From the NCBI GenBank assembly GCA_020348445.1, contig CP070751.1, positions 4,217,086 through 4,281,085 on the forward strand: a stretch of DNA of 64,000 nt, given 5' to 3'. The notes beneath the pieces were generated by a model. It ran no database searches. It saw only the letters and a list, made by a program, of their open reading frames with translations, and was not told the DNA's origin. Positions 1-9,266 of this stretch are shown piece by piece. The stretch is from Thermoplasmata archaeon (GTDB lineage Archaea > Thermoplasmatota > Thermoplasmata > GCA-020350865). Both the position numbers and the translations under genes were made by a program. Each line of letters starts with the position of its first letter. Within the stretch, counting starts at the first letter, position 1.

Positions 1-466
1 CGTAGATTGTATCTGTACCATCAGTCTGACCAGTCGTACCTAGAATTTGAACATATTGCCAAACATCATCGCCAGAATCATCCGTTAAAAAGCTATGGTC
101 GTATGTATCATTATTGTTAAACCACGGCCCACAATACGTCTCGCCATCACTTAGGAAGATATTTATTGTATAGTTCTCTGGCAGACCCCAACCATCGGTA
201 CCCATCACCCATACATATGTGTAGTCTGGTATCCCAGTAAATCCAAAATCGAGCATTAGATCTCCGGTTCCGGGATCGGGGATATTTGTCCCAACGGTAG
301 CATAAGTATCGTCTGGAGCATCAAGTGCATCTTCTGGATTCGTACAGTCTATAGAATAGGTTATTTCTGGCGCCCATTTCCAAGTTGCTACTACTGAGCC
401 GCTTAAAAGAATCGTTGCGATTAGTAGTGTTCCAAGTATTGTTCCGAATGTTTTCACTTTTCTCAT
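1..466 (-). CDS. Secreted/surface hypothetical protein, 5' part only (runs off window start)
   Basis: ATG at 466 preceded by GGAGGTGA (473-480). Translation MRKVKTFGTILGTLLIATILLSGSVVATWKWAPEITYSIDCTNPEDALDAPDDTYATVG gives a basic N-terminus plus hydrophobic signal; frame open to position 1. Absent from the ORF track because it has no stop in the window. Confidence 0.7.
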   Translation of the reverse strand, partial: MRKVKTFGTILGTLLIATILLSGSVVATWKWAPEITYSIDCTNPEDALDAPDDTYATVGTNIPDPGTGDLMLDFGFTGIPDYTYVWVMGTDGWGLPENYTINIFLSDGETYCGPWFNNNDTYDHSFLTDDSGDDVWQYVQILGTTGQTDGTDTIY

Positions 467-749
467 CTTTTATCACCTCCTTCCTTTTCAGGGTTTATAT
501 TTAAACTACACCCCATCTCACCATCTATCATCTCACACTCCAAAAATGTCAAAGGGCTGTATCTAAAAAGGTTTAACGGGAACATATTATTATCATCTCT
601 CCTCTACTGTTTTTTCTATCACCCTAACTAAGTCACTGCCTTGATATATATAGGTGCCGTACAACTTTGTACGAAAGATTAATATAGAATGTCGAAAAGA
701 TTTAACTCTGGGTGGAAAAAGGTAGCAACAAAATTACATAATGGGGATG

Positions 750-1547
750 TTACCCTCCAAAGAATCCCTTTTTGACCTTTCCAAAAAATCCCTTGGTAGA
801 TGTATCGTCAGGGGCAGGAATATCGCCTTTGATAGTATCGCCTGACGCCCCATCGAAAAGGAGTTCGTACATCTTCCCATTGTACTCGTACTTCAGGAAC
901 CATACAGGGGCATGAACAAATTCTGTATTTCTTATCTCAAGGTTCGTCTCTATTGTCGAAATGACATCCATTTCAGATGATAAGAGAAATTTGTTGTGCT
1001 CTTCAATCTCCTGTTTGAGCCGTGAATGCGCCTCCCTTTCATCCATCTCAGAGTTCAGGAACTTGGCATTCTTTGAGACATGCGACAAATCAAAATCCAC
1101 TTTGCCGCGAAGCGGTATCTCGTACTCCTTGGTTGGAAATGAGGAGGCCCTCCTGCCCAGGATCTTCCAGTGGTACTCCCTTGTGAAATCACCCTTCTTT
1201 GGAATGTGTTGCCCTGTCCTGGTAAGAACCCCTTCATACTTTGCTTGGGCAGACACGTGAATCACAAAAAAAGGAAGAAAGACAAGATACTGTTCTTTTA
1301 TGCTCGACCTCCGTGCCAGATCCTCGGGCTTCAGAAAACCACCTCCCATCCACTTTTTGGCCATGGAGGAAATCTGCTCAGGTGAATATTGATTGGGGAT
1401 TATTGAATGCCGTAAAAAGTACTTCTTGCCAACTGCCATGTTCATGGCAGCACCGCAATACTCGCAAGTGATTATAACCTCACCTGCTTCAAGTTTCAAA
1501 GGTGCACCGCAGTTGGGACAGTTTACCTTTTCAGCAATCTCTGTCAT
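750..1547 (-). CDS. Zinc-ribbon (double CxxC) hypothetical protein
   Basis: N-terminal CPNCG...CEYCG; 265 aa; co-oriented downstream of the transporter gene. Confidence 0.75.
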   Translation of the reverse strand: MTEIAEKVNCPNCGAPLKLEAGEVIITCEYCGAAMNMAVGKKYFLRHSIIPNQYSPEQISSMAKKWMGGGFLKPEDLARRSSIKEQYLVFLPFFVIHVSAQAKYEGVLTRTGQHIPKKGDFTREYHWKILGRRASSFPTKEYEIPLRGKVDFDLSHVSKNAKFLNSEMDEREAHSRLKQEIEEHNKFLLSSEMDVISTIETNLEIRNTEFVHAPVWFLKYEYNGKMYELLFDGASGDTIKGDIPAPDDTSTKGFFGKVKKGFFGG

Positions 1548-1626
1548 GTTAACGTTGAAGTGTAACGTGGATTTTGAATATAATATTTATTATGGGGGTT
1601 TTGAAATGTAAAAAACAAAGGGTGAT

Positions 1627-3003
1627 CTAAAACGCGACATAACGGATAAGAAGATACATGGTGGATAAAAACGTGGTGATGATCATCACCGGCAAACCTA
1701 TCTTCATGAACTCTTTAAACGTTACCGCAAATTCTGTTCTTTCAGAAACACCCACAACAACGATGCTTGCTGCATGGCCAATGGGTGTGGCATTTCCTCC
1801 CATACCTTGACCAAGGCAAAGTGCCCAATATAGGGTGGTGGCTCCTCCAATGCTCTCTAAATTATCAAGAGAAAGCGATAATGTACTGACTATTGGGATC
1901 ATAATGGCGGTAGAAGGAATTGCACCGATGATTGAGGATGTAAACGCTGTTACCCAAATGATCAAAACAATGGCTAATACAGGATTACCACCAATAACAC
2001 TCAAGGTTCCATCTGCAATGACTTGTATCAAACCCAATTCAATTGCTCCTACGATGAGGACGAACAAAGCCGCGAAGAACAACAGTGTCGTCCATTCAAC
2101 ACTCTCTAAAGCCTCATGTATATCCACTCCACTCAGAAGCAATAGTAAAACAGCACCGATTAAAGCGGATTCTGCCAAGGTTATACCCACAAAATCGTGT
2201 ATAATGAACATAATTATTACGATACAAAATATGAATATTGACCTTTGAAAGAGCTTCATATCTTTAATTGCGTATTTCTCCCTAAGAGTTTCTATTTCTT
2301 CCAGCTTCTCGGCTTCCCCTAATTTTCCCTTGTAGAAAATTTTTATCATCAAAATAAATACTATCATGTTTATTATGATAATCGGTGCCATATTTATAAT
2401 AAAGGACATGAAACTCAATTGAAAGGCGGAACCGATCATGATATTGGGGGGATCACCAATTACCGTGGCTGTTCCTCCTATGCTCGAAGCCAATGCCTCT
2501 GATATAAGCATGGGAATTGGATTGATCTTCAAAACCCTCGCAAGCTCTATGGTTGCTGGAACCATCAAGAGAACAGTGGTGACGTTGTCGAGAAAAGCGG
2601 ATAAAAAGGCTGTCATAATGATGAGCATCAACATCAATTTCCAGGGATCACCTTTTGCGACCTCATAGGATTTTAATGCCGTCCACTGGAAAAAACCTGT
2701 CTTGCTCAATATACCTACCATTATCATCATGCCCATGAGCAGACCTATGGTCTCAATTATGGTACCAAAAGTAATAACACCCTGTCCTTCACCCTCATAA
2801 AGGGTATCAAATCCCCTCCCAAAAATCTTCATTGCAATTATTATCAATGCAGCTCCAACTAGCGCTGCTACCGTGCTGTGCAAATATCCTGTTATTATCA
2901 ACACAAATGTTAAGACAATAATGGAAAGAGCAATTATAACCTGTACATTTACCGTAGATGGCGCCCCCTTACAAGAATTATCGGAACTGGCGATGGAGCA
3001 CAT
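1627..3003 (-). CDS. ArsB/NhaD (ion transporter superfamily) permease
   Basis: Many TM helices; motifs LSAFLDNVTTVLL, SSIGGTATVIGDPPN, GMGGNATPIG. Start uncertain because the ATG overlaps the USP gene by 55 nt. Confidence 0.85.
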   Translation of the reverse strand: MCSIASSDNSCKGAPSTVNVQVIIALSIIVLTFVLIITGYLHSTVAALVGAALIIIAMKIFGRGFDTLYEGEGQGVITFGTIIETIGLLMGMMIMVGILSKTGFFQWTALKSYEVAKGDPWKLMLMLIIMTAFLSAFLDNVTTVLLMVPATIELARVLKINPIPMLISEALASSIGGTATVIGDPPNIMIGSAFQLSFMSFIINMAPIIIINMIVFILMIKIFYKGKLGEAEKLEEIETLREKYAIKDMKLFQRSIFIFCIVIIMFIIHDFVGITLAESALIGAVLLLLLSGVDIHEALESVEWTTLLFFAALFVLIVGAIELGLIQVIADGTLSVIGGNPVLAIVLIIWVTAFTSSIIGAIPSTAIMIPIVSTLSLSLDNLESIGGATTLYWALCLGQGMGGNATPIGHAASIVVVGVSERTEFAVTFKEFMKIGLPVMIITTFLSTMYLLIRYVAF

Positions 3004-3773
3004 ATTTTTCTTGCTACGGGCCCCAAAACAACTCTTTTAAAAATACCTTTCTTACCAGCACCCATGATAATGAGATCGTGTGATTCTGCATACTTCAGAA
3101 TGACTTCCCCTGGTTCACCTTGCTCTATCACCTTTTTTACTTTGACTTCAAAATGTTGTGCTTTCCAGGCAACATTATCAAGGACTTTTTCTGCATTTGA
3201 TTTTTCTCTCGGGCCCTTTCCCTCCTCAATAACGTATAATGCAGTTAGTTCGGCCAAGAAGCTCTTTGCGGTGTTGAGAGCCACATTTTCTATTGACTTT
3301 TGATCCTGGTGTGCACCTCCAATAGGCAACAGAATCTTCTTTGGTTCACGGGGAGCTACCATGGTCGTAATTATCATCACAGGAATATGAGTCCGTTTTA
3401 ATACATTCTCTATGGTGGTCCCCAGTCTGTAACTTAAAACTCCGGATTTGCAATATGAACGCATCACAATAAGATCAATTGCCTCTGTTTTTGCATATTT
3501 TAAAATTTCTTTTGATGGGGTACCAAAAAGTATCCCTTTTTTCTCGATATCGATTCCTTCTTCAAGAAGCAGCTCTTCAGCGTGGGAAATAGCCTTTTCG
3601 GCGCTCTCCTCCAACATATGTCTAAGAAGTTTTGTAAGATGGGCACCCCTTACATTTGGTTGTATCACGCTGATGACATGATACTTGGCAAATGGAAATG
3701 CCAAGGCAGAATATCTTATGGCATGATCCTCCAGACCTGTGCCGTCTGTTGGAATCAGGATCTTATTAAACAT
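2949..3773 (-). CDS. Tandem-domain universal stress protein
   Basis: MFNKILIPTDG, IDLIVM, second domain KKILLPIG and DLIIMGAG...VLG. Likely start ATG 3773 (track start 3815). Confidence 0.9.
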   Translation of the reverse strand: MFNKILIPTDGTGLEDHAIRYSALAFPFAKYHVISVIQPNVRGAHLTKLLRHMLEESAEKAISHAEELLLEEGIDIEKKGILFGTPSKEILKYAKTEAIDLIVMRSYCKSGVLSYRLGTTIENVLKRTHIPVMIITTMVAPREPKKILLPIGGAHQDQKSIENVALNTAKSFLAELTALYVIEEGKGPREKSNAEKVLDNVAWKAQHFEVKVKKVIEQGEPGEVILKYAESHDLIIMGAGKKGIFKRVVLGPVARKICAPSPVPIILVRGRHLR

Positions 3774-3873
3774 CTTGACACCGTTTAGGTTTGTTGCAAT
3801 AATATACAGGTACATTATTTTTTCCTTTCATCTCGATATTAATGAAAGAAGAAAGAGAGCTTTCTCTCGAGGA

Positions 3874-3976
3874 AAATAAGCCACTGAGATTAAAAAGGTT
3901 GATAATAGCCTTAAAGCCTCTAGGAGGGAGGAGTTTTTAGGCTTATTATCTGGAAGTCCTCAGTGGCCGCTTATTT
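3874..3976. other. Long imperfect inverted repeat / hairpin in divergent intergenic region
   Basis: aaataagc(3874-81)/gcttattt(3969-76), cactgag(3882-88)/ctcagtg(3959-65), gataatagcct(3901-11)/aggcttattatc(3939-50). Confidence 0.6.
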
Positions 3977-4088
3977 ATATCGGTTTAAGTTTATAAGTTT
4001 TACTGTTGTGAAAAATCCCTTCGCGTCCGCTTGAGATTTTTTAATATCTGCTTAATTTCGATAAATGTACATGGAAAATCAAGAAACA

Positions 4089-4105
4089 ACCGAAACATTT
4101 ATATA
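4089..4105 (+). promoter_or_regulatory. Putative BRE-TATA promoter for gar1-tfb
   Basis: accgaaaca-TTTATATA upstream of gar1. Confidence 0.4.
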
Positions 4106-4232
4106 GTATTAACAGTGTTAATACAATGGTGCTTCCAAAATCTATTTATATTGAATATTTAACTACTACATAAATCTAACGATGGGTTTATATATGATGA
4201 TTTACATTACGGCAAGAAAGCGGGGGGACACC

Positions 4233-4472
4233 TTGCAAGAATTAGGATTGATAAAAGGCCTGGGATACGATGGAAATCTCCTTGTTTTGGGGAAACTCAC
4301 ACCTAAGCTCAATTCCAAGGTTGTTGATAATTCCAAGAAAATTGTCGGAACAGTCACCAGGGTGTTTGGACCTGTTGATTCCCCGTACATCTCAATCAAA
4401 GTTCCAAAAAATCAAAAACCTACCCTCGATATCGTTGGAAAGGTGGTATATCTTAGGGAGAATTCAAAATAG
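4233..4472 (+). CDS. gar1: H/ACA RNP protein Gar1/Naf1 family
   Basis: LGKLTPKLNSKVVDNSKKIVGTVTRVFGPVDSPYISIK; probable TTG start at 4233 after a GGGGG RBS; gar1-tfb synteny is typical of euryarchaeal genomes. Confidence 0.85.
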   Translation: MQELGLIKGLGYDGNLLVLGKLTPKLNSKVVDNSKKIVGTVTRVFGPVDSPYISIKVPKNQKPTLDIVGKVVYLRENSK

Positions 4473-4496
4473 TTGAATGTAATGGAGTGTTAAAAT

Positions 4497-5429
4497 ATGC
4501 CAAAGAGAAGTGCAACTACAGATGATGTGACTAGATGCCCTGAGTGCAATAGTGCGCATTTGACCAGGGCATATGATAGGGGCGAGTTGGTTTGTGAAGA
4601 TTGTGGTCTGGTTTTAGACGAGCAGTTGATAGACCAGGGGCCAGAGTGGAGGGCCTTTGATTCGGAGCAGGGTGAGAAAAGGGCAAGGACTGGAGCGCCC
4701 ATGACATACACGATCCATGACAAGGGCTTATCCACTGAGATCGGCTGGAAGAACAAAGATTCCTATGGAAAGAGCATACCCACAAGAAACAGGGCCCAGC
4801 TGTACAGGCTCAGAAAATGGCAGCGCAGGATCAGGGTCTCCAATGCTACGGAAAGAAACCTGGCCTTCGCATTGAGTGAACTTGACAGGATGGCATCTGG
4901 TATGGGCCTTCCCAGGAATGTAAGGGAAACAGCTGCAATGATATACAGAAAGGCTGTGAACAAGAACCTTATTCGGGGACGGAGCATCGAAGGTGTGGTG
5001 GCAGCCTCATTGTATGGGGCATGCAGACAGTGTGGTGTTCCTAGAACTCTAGATGAAATAGCATCCTCCTCAAGAGTAGGTAGAAAGGAGATTGGCAGGA
5101 CATACAGGTTCATGACCCGAGAGTTGAAACTGAAGCTCATGCCCACAAGACCCCAGGATTACATCTCAAGATTCTGCAGCGAGCTGAAACTGAGTGGAGA
5201 GGTGCAGACAAAGGCAGCCGAGATCTTAAAAGATGCCTCTGATAAGGAGCTCACATCAGGACGTGGTCCCACAGGTGTTGCAGCAGCGGCGATATATATC
5301 TCCTCAATAATATGCAACGAGAGAAGAACTCAAAGGGAAGTGGCTGACATAGCTGGCGTAACCGAAGTCACCATCAGAAACCGATATAAGGAACTCACAG
5401 ACAAGCTGGGAATCGAGATCCAGCTTTGA
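4497..5429 (+). CDS. tfb: Transcription initiation factor IIB
   Basis: Zn ribbon CPEC...CEDCG, B-reader GPEWRAF, two cyclin repeats, C-terminal TQREVA...[13 protein letters not shown]. Confidence 0.98.
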   Translation: MPKRSATTDDVTRCPECNSAHLTRAYDRGELVCEDCGLVLDEQLIDQGPEWRAFDSEQGEKRARTGAPMTYTIHDKGLSTEIGWKNKDSYGKSIPTRNRAQLYRLRKWQRRIRVSNATERNLAFALSELDRMASGMGLPRNVRETAAMIYRKAVNKNLIRGRSIEGVVAASLYGACRQCGVPRTLDEIASSSRVGRKEIGRTYRFMTRELKLKLMPTRPQDYISRFCSELKLSGEVQTKAAEILKDASDKELTSGRGPTGVAAAAIYISSIICNERRTQREVADIAGVTEVTIRNRYKELTDKLGIEIQL

Positions 5430-5454
5430 TATTTTTTTATTCCCAAGGATTTAC

Positions 5455-5850
5455 ATGAGTGCAAAAGAAGTGATTTTCAATTTCCTTTCGGGACATCCCG
5501 AGTACAGGGCTAATGTGGGTTTGTACGATCCCGAATTAGAGGTCCTTTCCCAAATAAAATCCAGATTAGAGGATATTCAAATCAAGGTGTTTTCGGCAGA
5601 TTGGTGCCCAGATTGTAGGGTGCAATTGCCCATTTTCTTCTCGGTTATCCTGGCTTTGGATGAAGACGAGATAGAGTTGGAGATCTTAGAGGTAACCAGG
5701 GACAAGATGGATGAAGGGGGTTTGGCTGATGATCTGGATATTTTGGCCATCCCCACATTCATAATTATGCGCAGCCATAAGGAGATTGGCAGGATAATAG
5801 AACGACCCAAGGAAAGTATGGAGAAGGATTTAGCCGAGATTCTAGGATAA
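5455..5850 (+). CDS. Thioredoxin-family protein
   Basis: WCPDC redox motif; cis-Pro loop IPTFII; EIGRIIE. Confidence 0.85.
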   Translation: MSAKEVIFNFLSGHPEYRANVGLYDPELEVLSQIKSRLEDIQIKVFSADWCPDCRVQLPIFFSVILALDEDEIELEILEVTRDKMDEGGLADDLDILAIPTFIIMRSHKEIGRIIERPKESMEKDLAEILG

Positions 5851-6021
5851 CTCTTTTTTACCTTTAAAACCAAAACAGGGATTAATTATTAACCGCACCA
5901 CGTCCTAGCATCGAAACCTGGATTTTAATTCTAGCGCCCCGCTAGGTAGCAAAGCTTAAGACAACTTTGTTTTCTCAGTATAACTTTGCTAAGAAGCCGG
6001 GGCAACTAATTTATATCCAAG

Positions 6022-6116
6022 CGCCCCGGCTGGGATTTGAACCCAAGTCCCAGGCTTGCTGCAGTCCCAAAGGAACCACGACAGGCCTGGATGATAGTCC
6101 GCTACACTACCGGGGC
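6022..6116 (-). tRNA. tRNA-Asp(GUC) with a 22-nt canonical (37/38) intron at 6057-6078
   Basis: Acceptor GCCCCGG/CCGGGGC, discriminator G, anticodon stem CAGGC/GCCTG, anticodon GTC (6080-6082), T-arm TTGGG-TTCAAAT-CCCAG. BHB: CUGU/GCAG helix with two 3-nt bulges; intron hairpin GGTTCC-TTT-GGGACT. Confidence 0.95.
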
Positions 6117-6175
6117 TTATCATATGGCTTGAATGCACCCAAAATCGAATATCTCATATATAATGATTGGGTGGC

Positions 6176-6529
6176 TCACAAACCCCGCTCAAATATCTCC
6201 CCAATCTCCTTTTCAAAAAGGTTAACTATATCCCTTGAAACCTCTTGTCTGAGATGATCTGGTATGAGATTAAGACCCAATTTTGCTCCCGATTTGGCGA
6301 GCCTGAGGGCTGCATTGACCTCTTTGACTTTTGCGGATAAGTACTCGTTTATGGCATCTTTTATCTCTTGTTTTAATTCGGGGTCCTCGTCCAGTTTTTG
6401 TCTAATATAACGTTTTATCTCGTCTCTTACCAGGTCATGGACTGCATCGATTACGAGGTCCTTGTGAGGCATGATATCTGTGACCGCGCCTTTTAATATT
6501 TTTGTTAAGGTATCTTCGGCGTCATCCAT
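6176..6529 (-). CDS. Helical hypothetical protein
   Basis: 117 aa ORF with AGGTGA RBS and natural amino-acid composition. Confidence 0.75.
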   Translation of the reverse strand: MDDAEDTLTKILKGAVTDIMPHKDLVIDAVHDLVRDEIKRYIRQKLDEDPELKQEIKDAINEYLSAKVKEVNAALRLAKSGAKLGLNLIPDHLRQEVSRDIVNLFEKEIGEIFERGL

Positions 6530-6770
6530 TAAATCACCTTATTTCATCTACTGCAAGGAATATATTGAGGAATATAAAAAGGTTCGGTGAAGAATCGATA
6601 TTATAAGGGTCTATGGATTGAATGTGGATTTTTTTGGGGTATATATACCAAACACTCGTTATTACCAAAATTGAAAATAGTATGGCTAACTTTATAAAAT
6701 ATTAACAAGCTACTTTTTCGGAATTATATAAAAAAGAGAATTTACTATCTATTAATACCGAGGGAATGCC

Positions 6771-9212
6771 ATGACTCCAACAGCGAAATTCTGTAAGTCT
6801 ATGTCTTCTGAGTTCATTGGAAGGATAAAGGAGATGGCCGAAATCAAGGACCATCTAGAGGAAAGTATGAAGGGAAATGGGAGGCTTGTTCTGGTTATGG
6901 GTGAGACCGGGATCGGCAAAAGCAGACTCCTGGAGGAACTTGGAAGATATGCCGAGACTAAAGGTGTTCTTTATCTCAAAGGAAGGAGCCTTTATCAGGA
7001 AAACTCTGAACCTTATCTTCCATTTATCGAGGCATTTGGACGGTATCTTTCAAGCGAAACATATCTGGAAGAAGACGATAAAAGGGCCTTGATTGGCGGG
7101 ATATCGGACGAGGTATTTTCATTGGGCATACTTCCTTTGGGCCAGGGTGTTGACTCTCCCACTAATACTAAACCAGGTCTTTCTCTTCAGGAAAAAAGGG
7201 ACAGACTTTTTGCATCTCTTTCCAAGGTTGTAATAGATATCTCCAAGAAAAAACCCTTGCTTGTGGTCTTGGACGATATACAGTGGGCAGATGATAGCAG
7301 TCTTCAGCTTCTGCATTATTTGGCAAGAAACATTCAAAACACGAAGGTACTGATGTGTGCTTCCTACTGCCCTGAGGACTTGGAGAAAAATGGTTGCGGC
7401 CCCCATCCGTTATCAGAAACCATAGACAAAATGAAAACCGAGAAATTGTTTTACGAGATTCAACTGGGCAGATTTGATGAGAACTGCACGGCACGAATCA
7501 TAGAATCGTTGGTAGACAGAAAATGTTTGCCACCCGAATTTGTAAAGATACTTTACGAGGAGAGCGAAGGTAATCCGTATTTCATCGAAGAGGTGTTAAA
7601 ATCCCTTGATAACGAGGGATTGATCGACATGGACAGTTACAGCTGGGATGGAAAAATCGATACTTCATTGATCAGGATACCAGGAACCATAGGGGATGTA
7701 ATCGCCAGAAGGATAGATGGATTGGACGACAAAATCAAGACCGTATTGAGATGCGCTTCCATCATTGGCAACAGTTTCAGTTTTGAGCTTTTACAAAAGG
7801 TGTGCGAAGTGTCCGAGGAGGAGTTAATTGATGCACTTGATGAATCAATTACAACTAATATAATTCATGAGGACAAGATATCATCAGAGGAGCGCTACAA
7901 ATTCGACCATGCACTGACAAGAGAGGTTATTTACAAGAGCATGACAAAAAGCAGAAGAAGGTTGATGCATAAAAAAGTTGGTTACTTAATTGAAGAGCTA
8001 TATCCTGAAAGAATCGGTGAAATGGTATATAACCTAGCACATCACTTTCAAGAGGGAAGGGATGCCGAAAAAACTTTAACCTACTCAGTAAGAGCCGGGC
8101 AAATGGCAACAGAAGCATTTGCTCCAGAGGAGGCAATCCGCCACTTTCTTTCGGCAAAAAGAACTCTTGAAGAGATGAATGTGAGTATGGAAAACCTGGC
8201 CAAAAAACTGGCTGTGGTGGCAAAACTCGGGGAAATTCACAGTACGATAGGAGAATGGGATAAATCGTTGGATTACTTCAAAGAAGCACTTAATTTAAGC
8301 CAAAGATTGGGCGATGAATTGGAGATGGCAAAAGCCTATCGAAGCACCGGTCACATAAAACAGAACAAAGGAGAATATGATGAAGCCCTGGAAAACTTCA
8401 AATTGGGTTTGGAGATCTCCGAGAAGCTAACCGATATTCATGGTTTGGCTGACACCTATAGGGGATTGGGGAGGGTGTTCTGGAGAAAAGGAGAATTCGA
8501 AAGGGCCATTGATTATTATGAGTGGAGTTTAGGCCTTACCAAAAAAATCCAGGATGAAAACGTAATGGCGGCAACATGCATAGAACTGGGAAATGTTTAC
8601 AGCGAGCTTGGCGAATGGGAAAAAGCCCTGGAATATCAACAAACCAGTCTAGAGCTTCTGGAAAGGCTCAAGAACTTCTATGAGATTGGAAGGAGTTACA
8701 ACAATATAGGTGTGACCTACGCCAGAAAAGGTGATGTGGATTTAGCTATTACGCAGTACGAAAAAAGCATAGAGGTCTCTTACAGGACAGGGAATATCAG
8801 AATGACGGGATGGGCACTTTTTAATGCTGGTGAGGCGTATGCAAGGCTAGGGCAATTCGAAAAGGCCATCGAGTACTGCGATCGATCCCTTTCAATATTC
8901 GAGAGGTTGGGTGAAAAGCTTGGTATTTCCGGATCATTCTTGTCATATGGAATAATATTCAAGCTCCAAAAACAATGGGATAAAGCCGTGGAGTACTTCG
9001 AGGAGAGCATGCGTATAAGAAAAGATCTCGAGATGCCGTATCGTTTGGCTGATGGTTATCTTGAATTCGGTCTTCTTTACAAGGAAAAAGGTGATATGGT
9101 AAAAGCTAAGGACTATCTAGAAAAGGCTCAAGATATTTTCAAGAATCTGGGGGCTAAAGAATCACTGAGAAAAGTGAAAGAAGAGCTGAAAAGTATAAAT
9201 GGCATGAAATGA
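6771..9212 (+). CDS. STAND/AAA_16-type ATPase with C-terminal TPR array (copy 1)
   Basis: FIGR N-terminal motif, Walker A GETGIGKS, Walker B LLVVLDDIQWAD, GNPYFIEE, RYKFDHAL winged-helix region, TPR repeats (e.g. SYNNIGVTY). Confidence 0.9.
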   Translation: MTPTAKFCKSMSSEFIGRIKEMAEIKDHLEESMKGNGRLVLVMGETGIGKSRLLEELGRYAETKGVLYLKGRSLYQENSEPYLPFIEAFGRYLSSETYLEEDDKRALIGGISDEVFSLGILPLGQGVDSPTNTKPGLSLQEKRDRLFASLSKVVIDISKKKPLLVVLDDIQWADDSSLQLLHYLARNIQNTKVLMCASYCPEDLEKNGCGPHPLSETIDKMKTEKLFYEIQLGRFDENCTARIIESLVDRKCLPPEFVKILYEESEGNPYFIEEVLKSLDNEGLIDMDSYSWDGKIDTSLIRIPGTIGDVIARRIDGLDDKIKTVLRCASIIGNSFSFELLQKVCEVSEEELIDALDESITTNIIHEDKISSEERYKFDHALTREVIYKSMTKSRRRLMHKKVGYLIEELYPERIGEMVYNLAHHFQEGRDAEKTLTYSVRAGQMATEAFAPEEAIRHFLSAKRTLEEMNVSMENLAKKLAVVAKLGEIHSTIGEWDKSLDYFKEALNLSQRLGDELEMAKAYRSTGHIKQNKGEYDEALENFKLGLEISEKLTDIHGLADTYRGLGRVFWRKGEFERAIDYYEWSLGLTKKIQDENVMAATCIELGNVYSELGEWEKALEYQQTSLELLERLKNFYEIGRSYNNIGVTYARKGDVDLAITQYEKSIEVSYRTGNIRMTGWALFNAGEAYARLGQFEKAIEYCDRSLSIFERLGEKLGISGSFLSYGIIFKLQKQWDKAVEYFEESMRIRKDLEMPYRLADGYLEFGLLYKEKGDMVKAKDYLEKAQDIFKNLGAKESLRKVKEELKSINGMK

Positions 9213-9266
9213 GTTATGGGGCGAATAAGTTCTTAATATAATAGCGAATCATTTGGGGAGGCTCAA

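Noticed and set aside
5933-5946. agcgccccg-ctagg resembling the tRNA-Asp 3' end (possible att scar)
   Set aside because: Only a 9-bp exact match, part of a local ctagc/gctag hairpin, and it encloses under 90 bp; chance cannot be excluded.
5967-6257. 96-aa plus-strand ORF from the track
   Set aside because: It is the antisense shadow of tRNA-Asp and the 6176-6529 gene.
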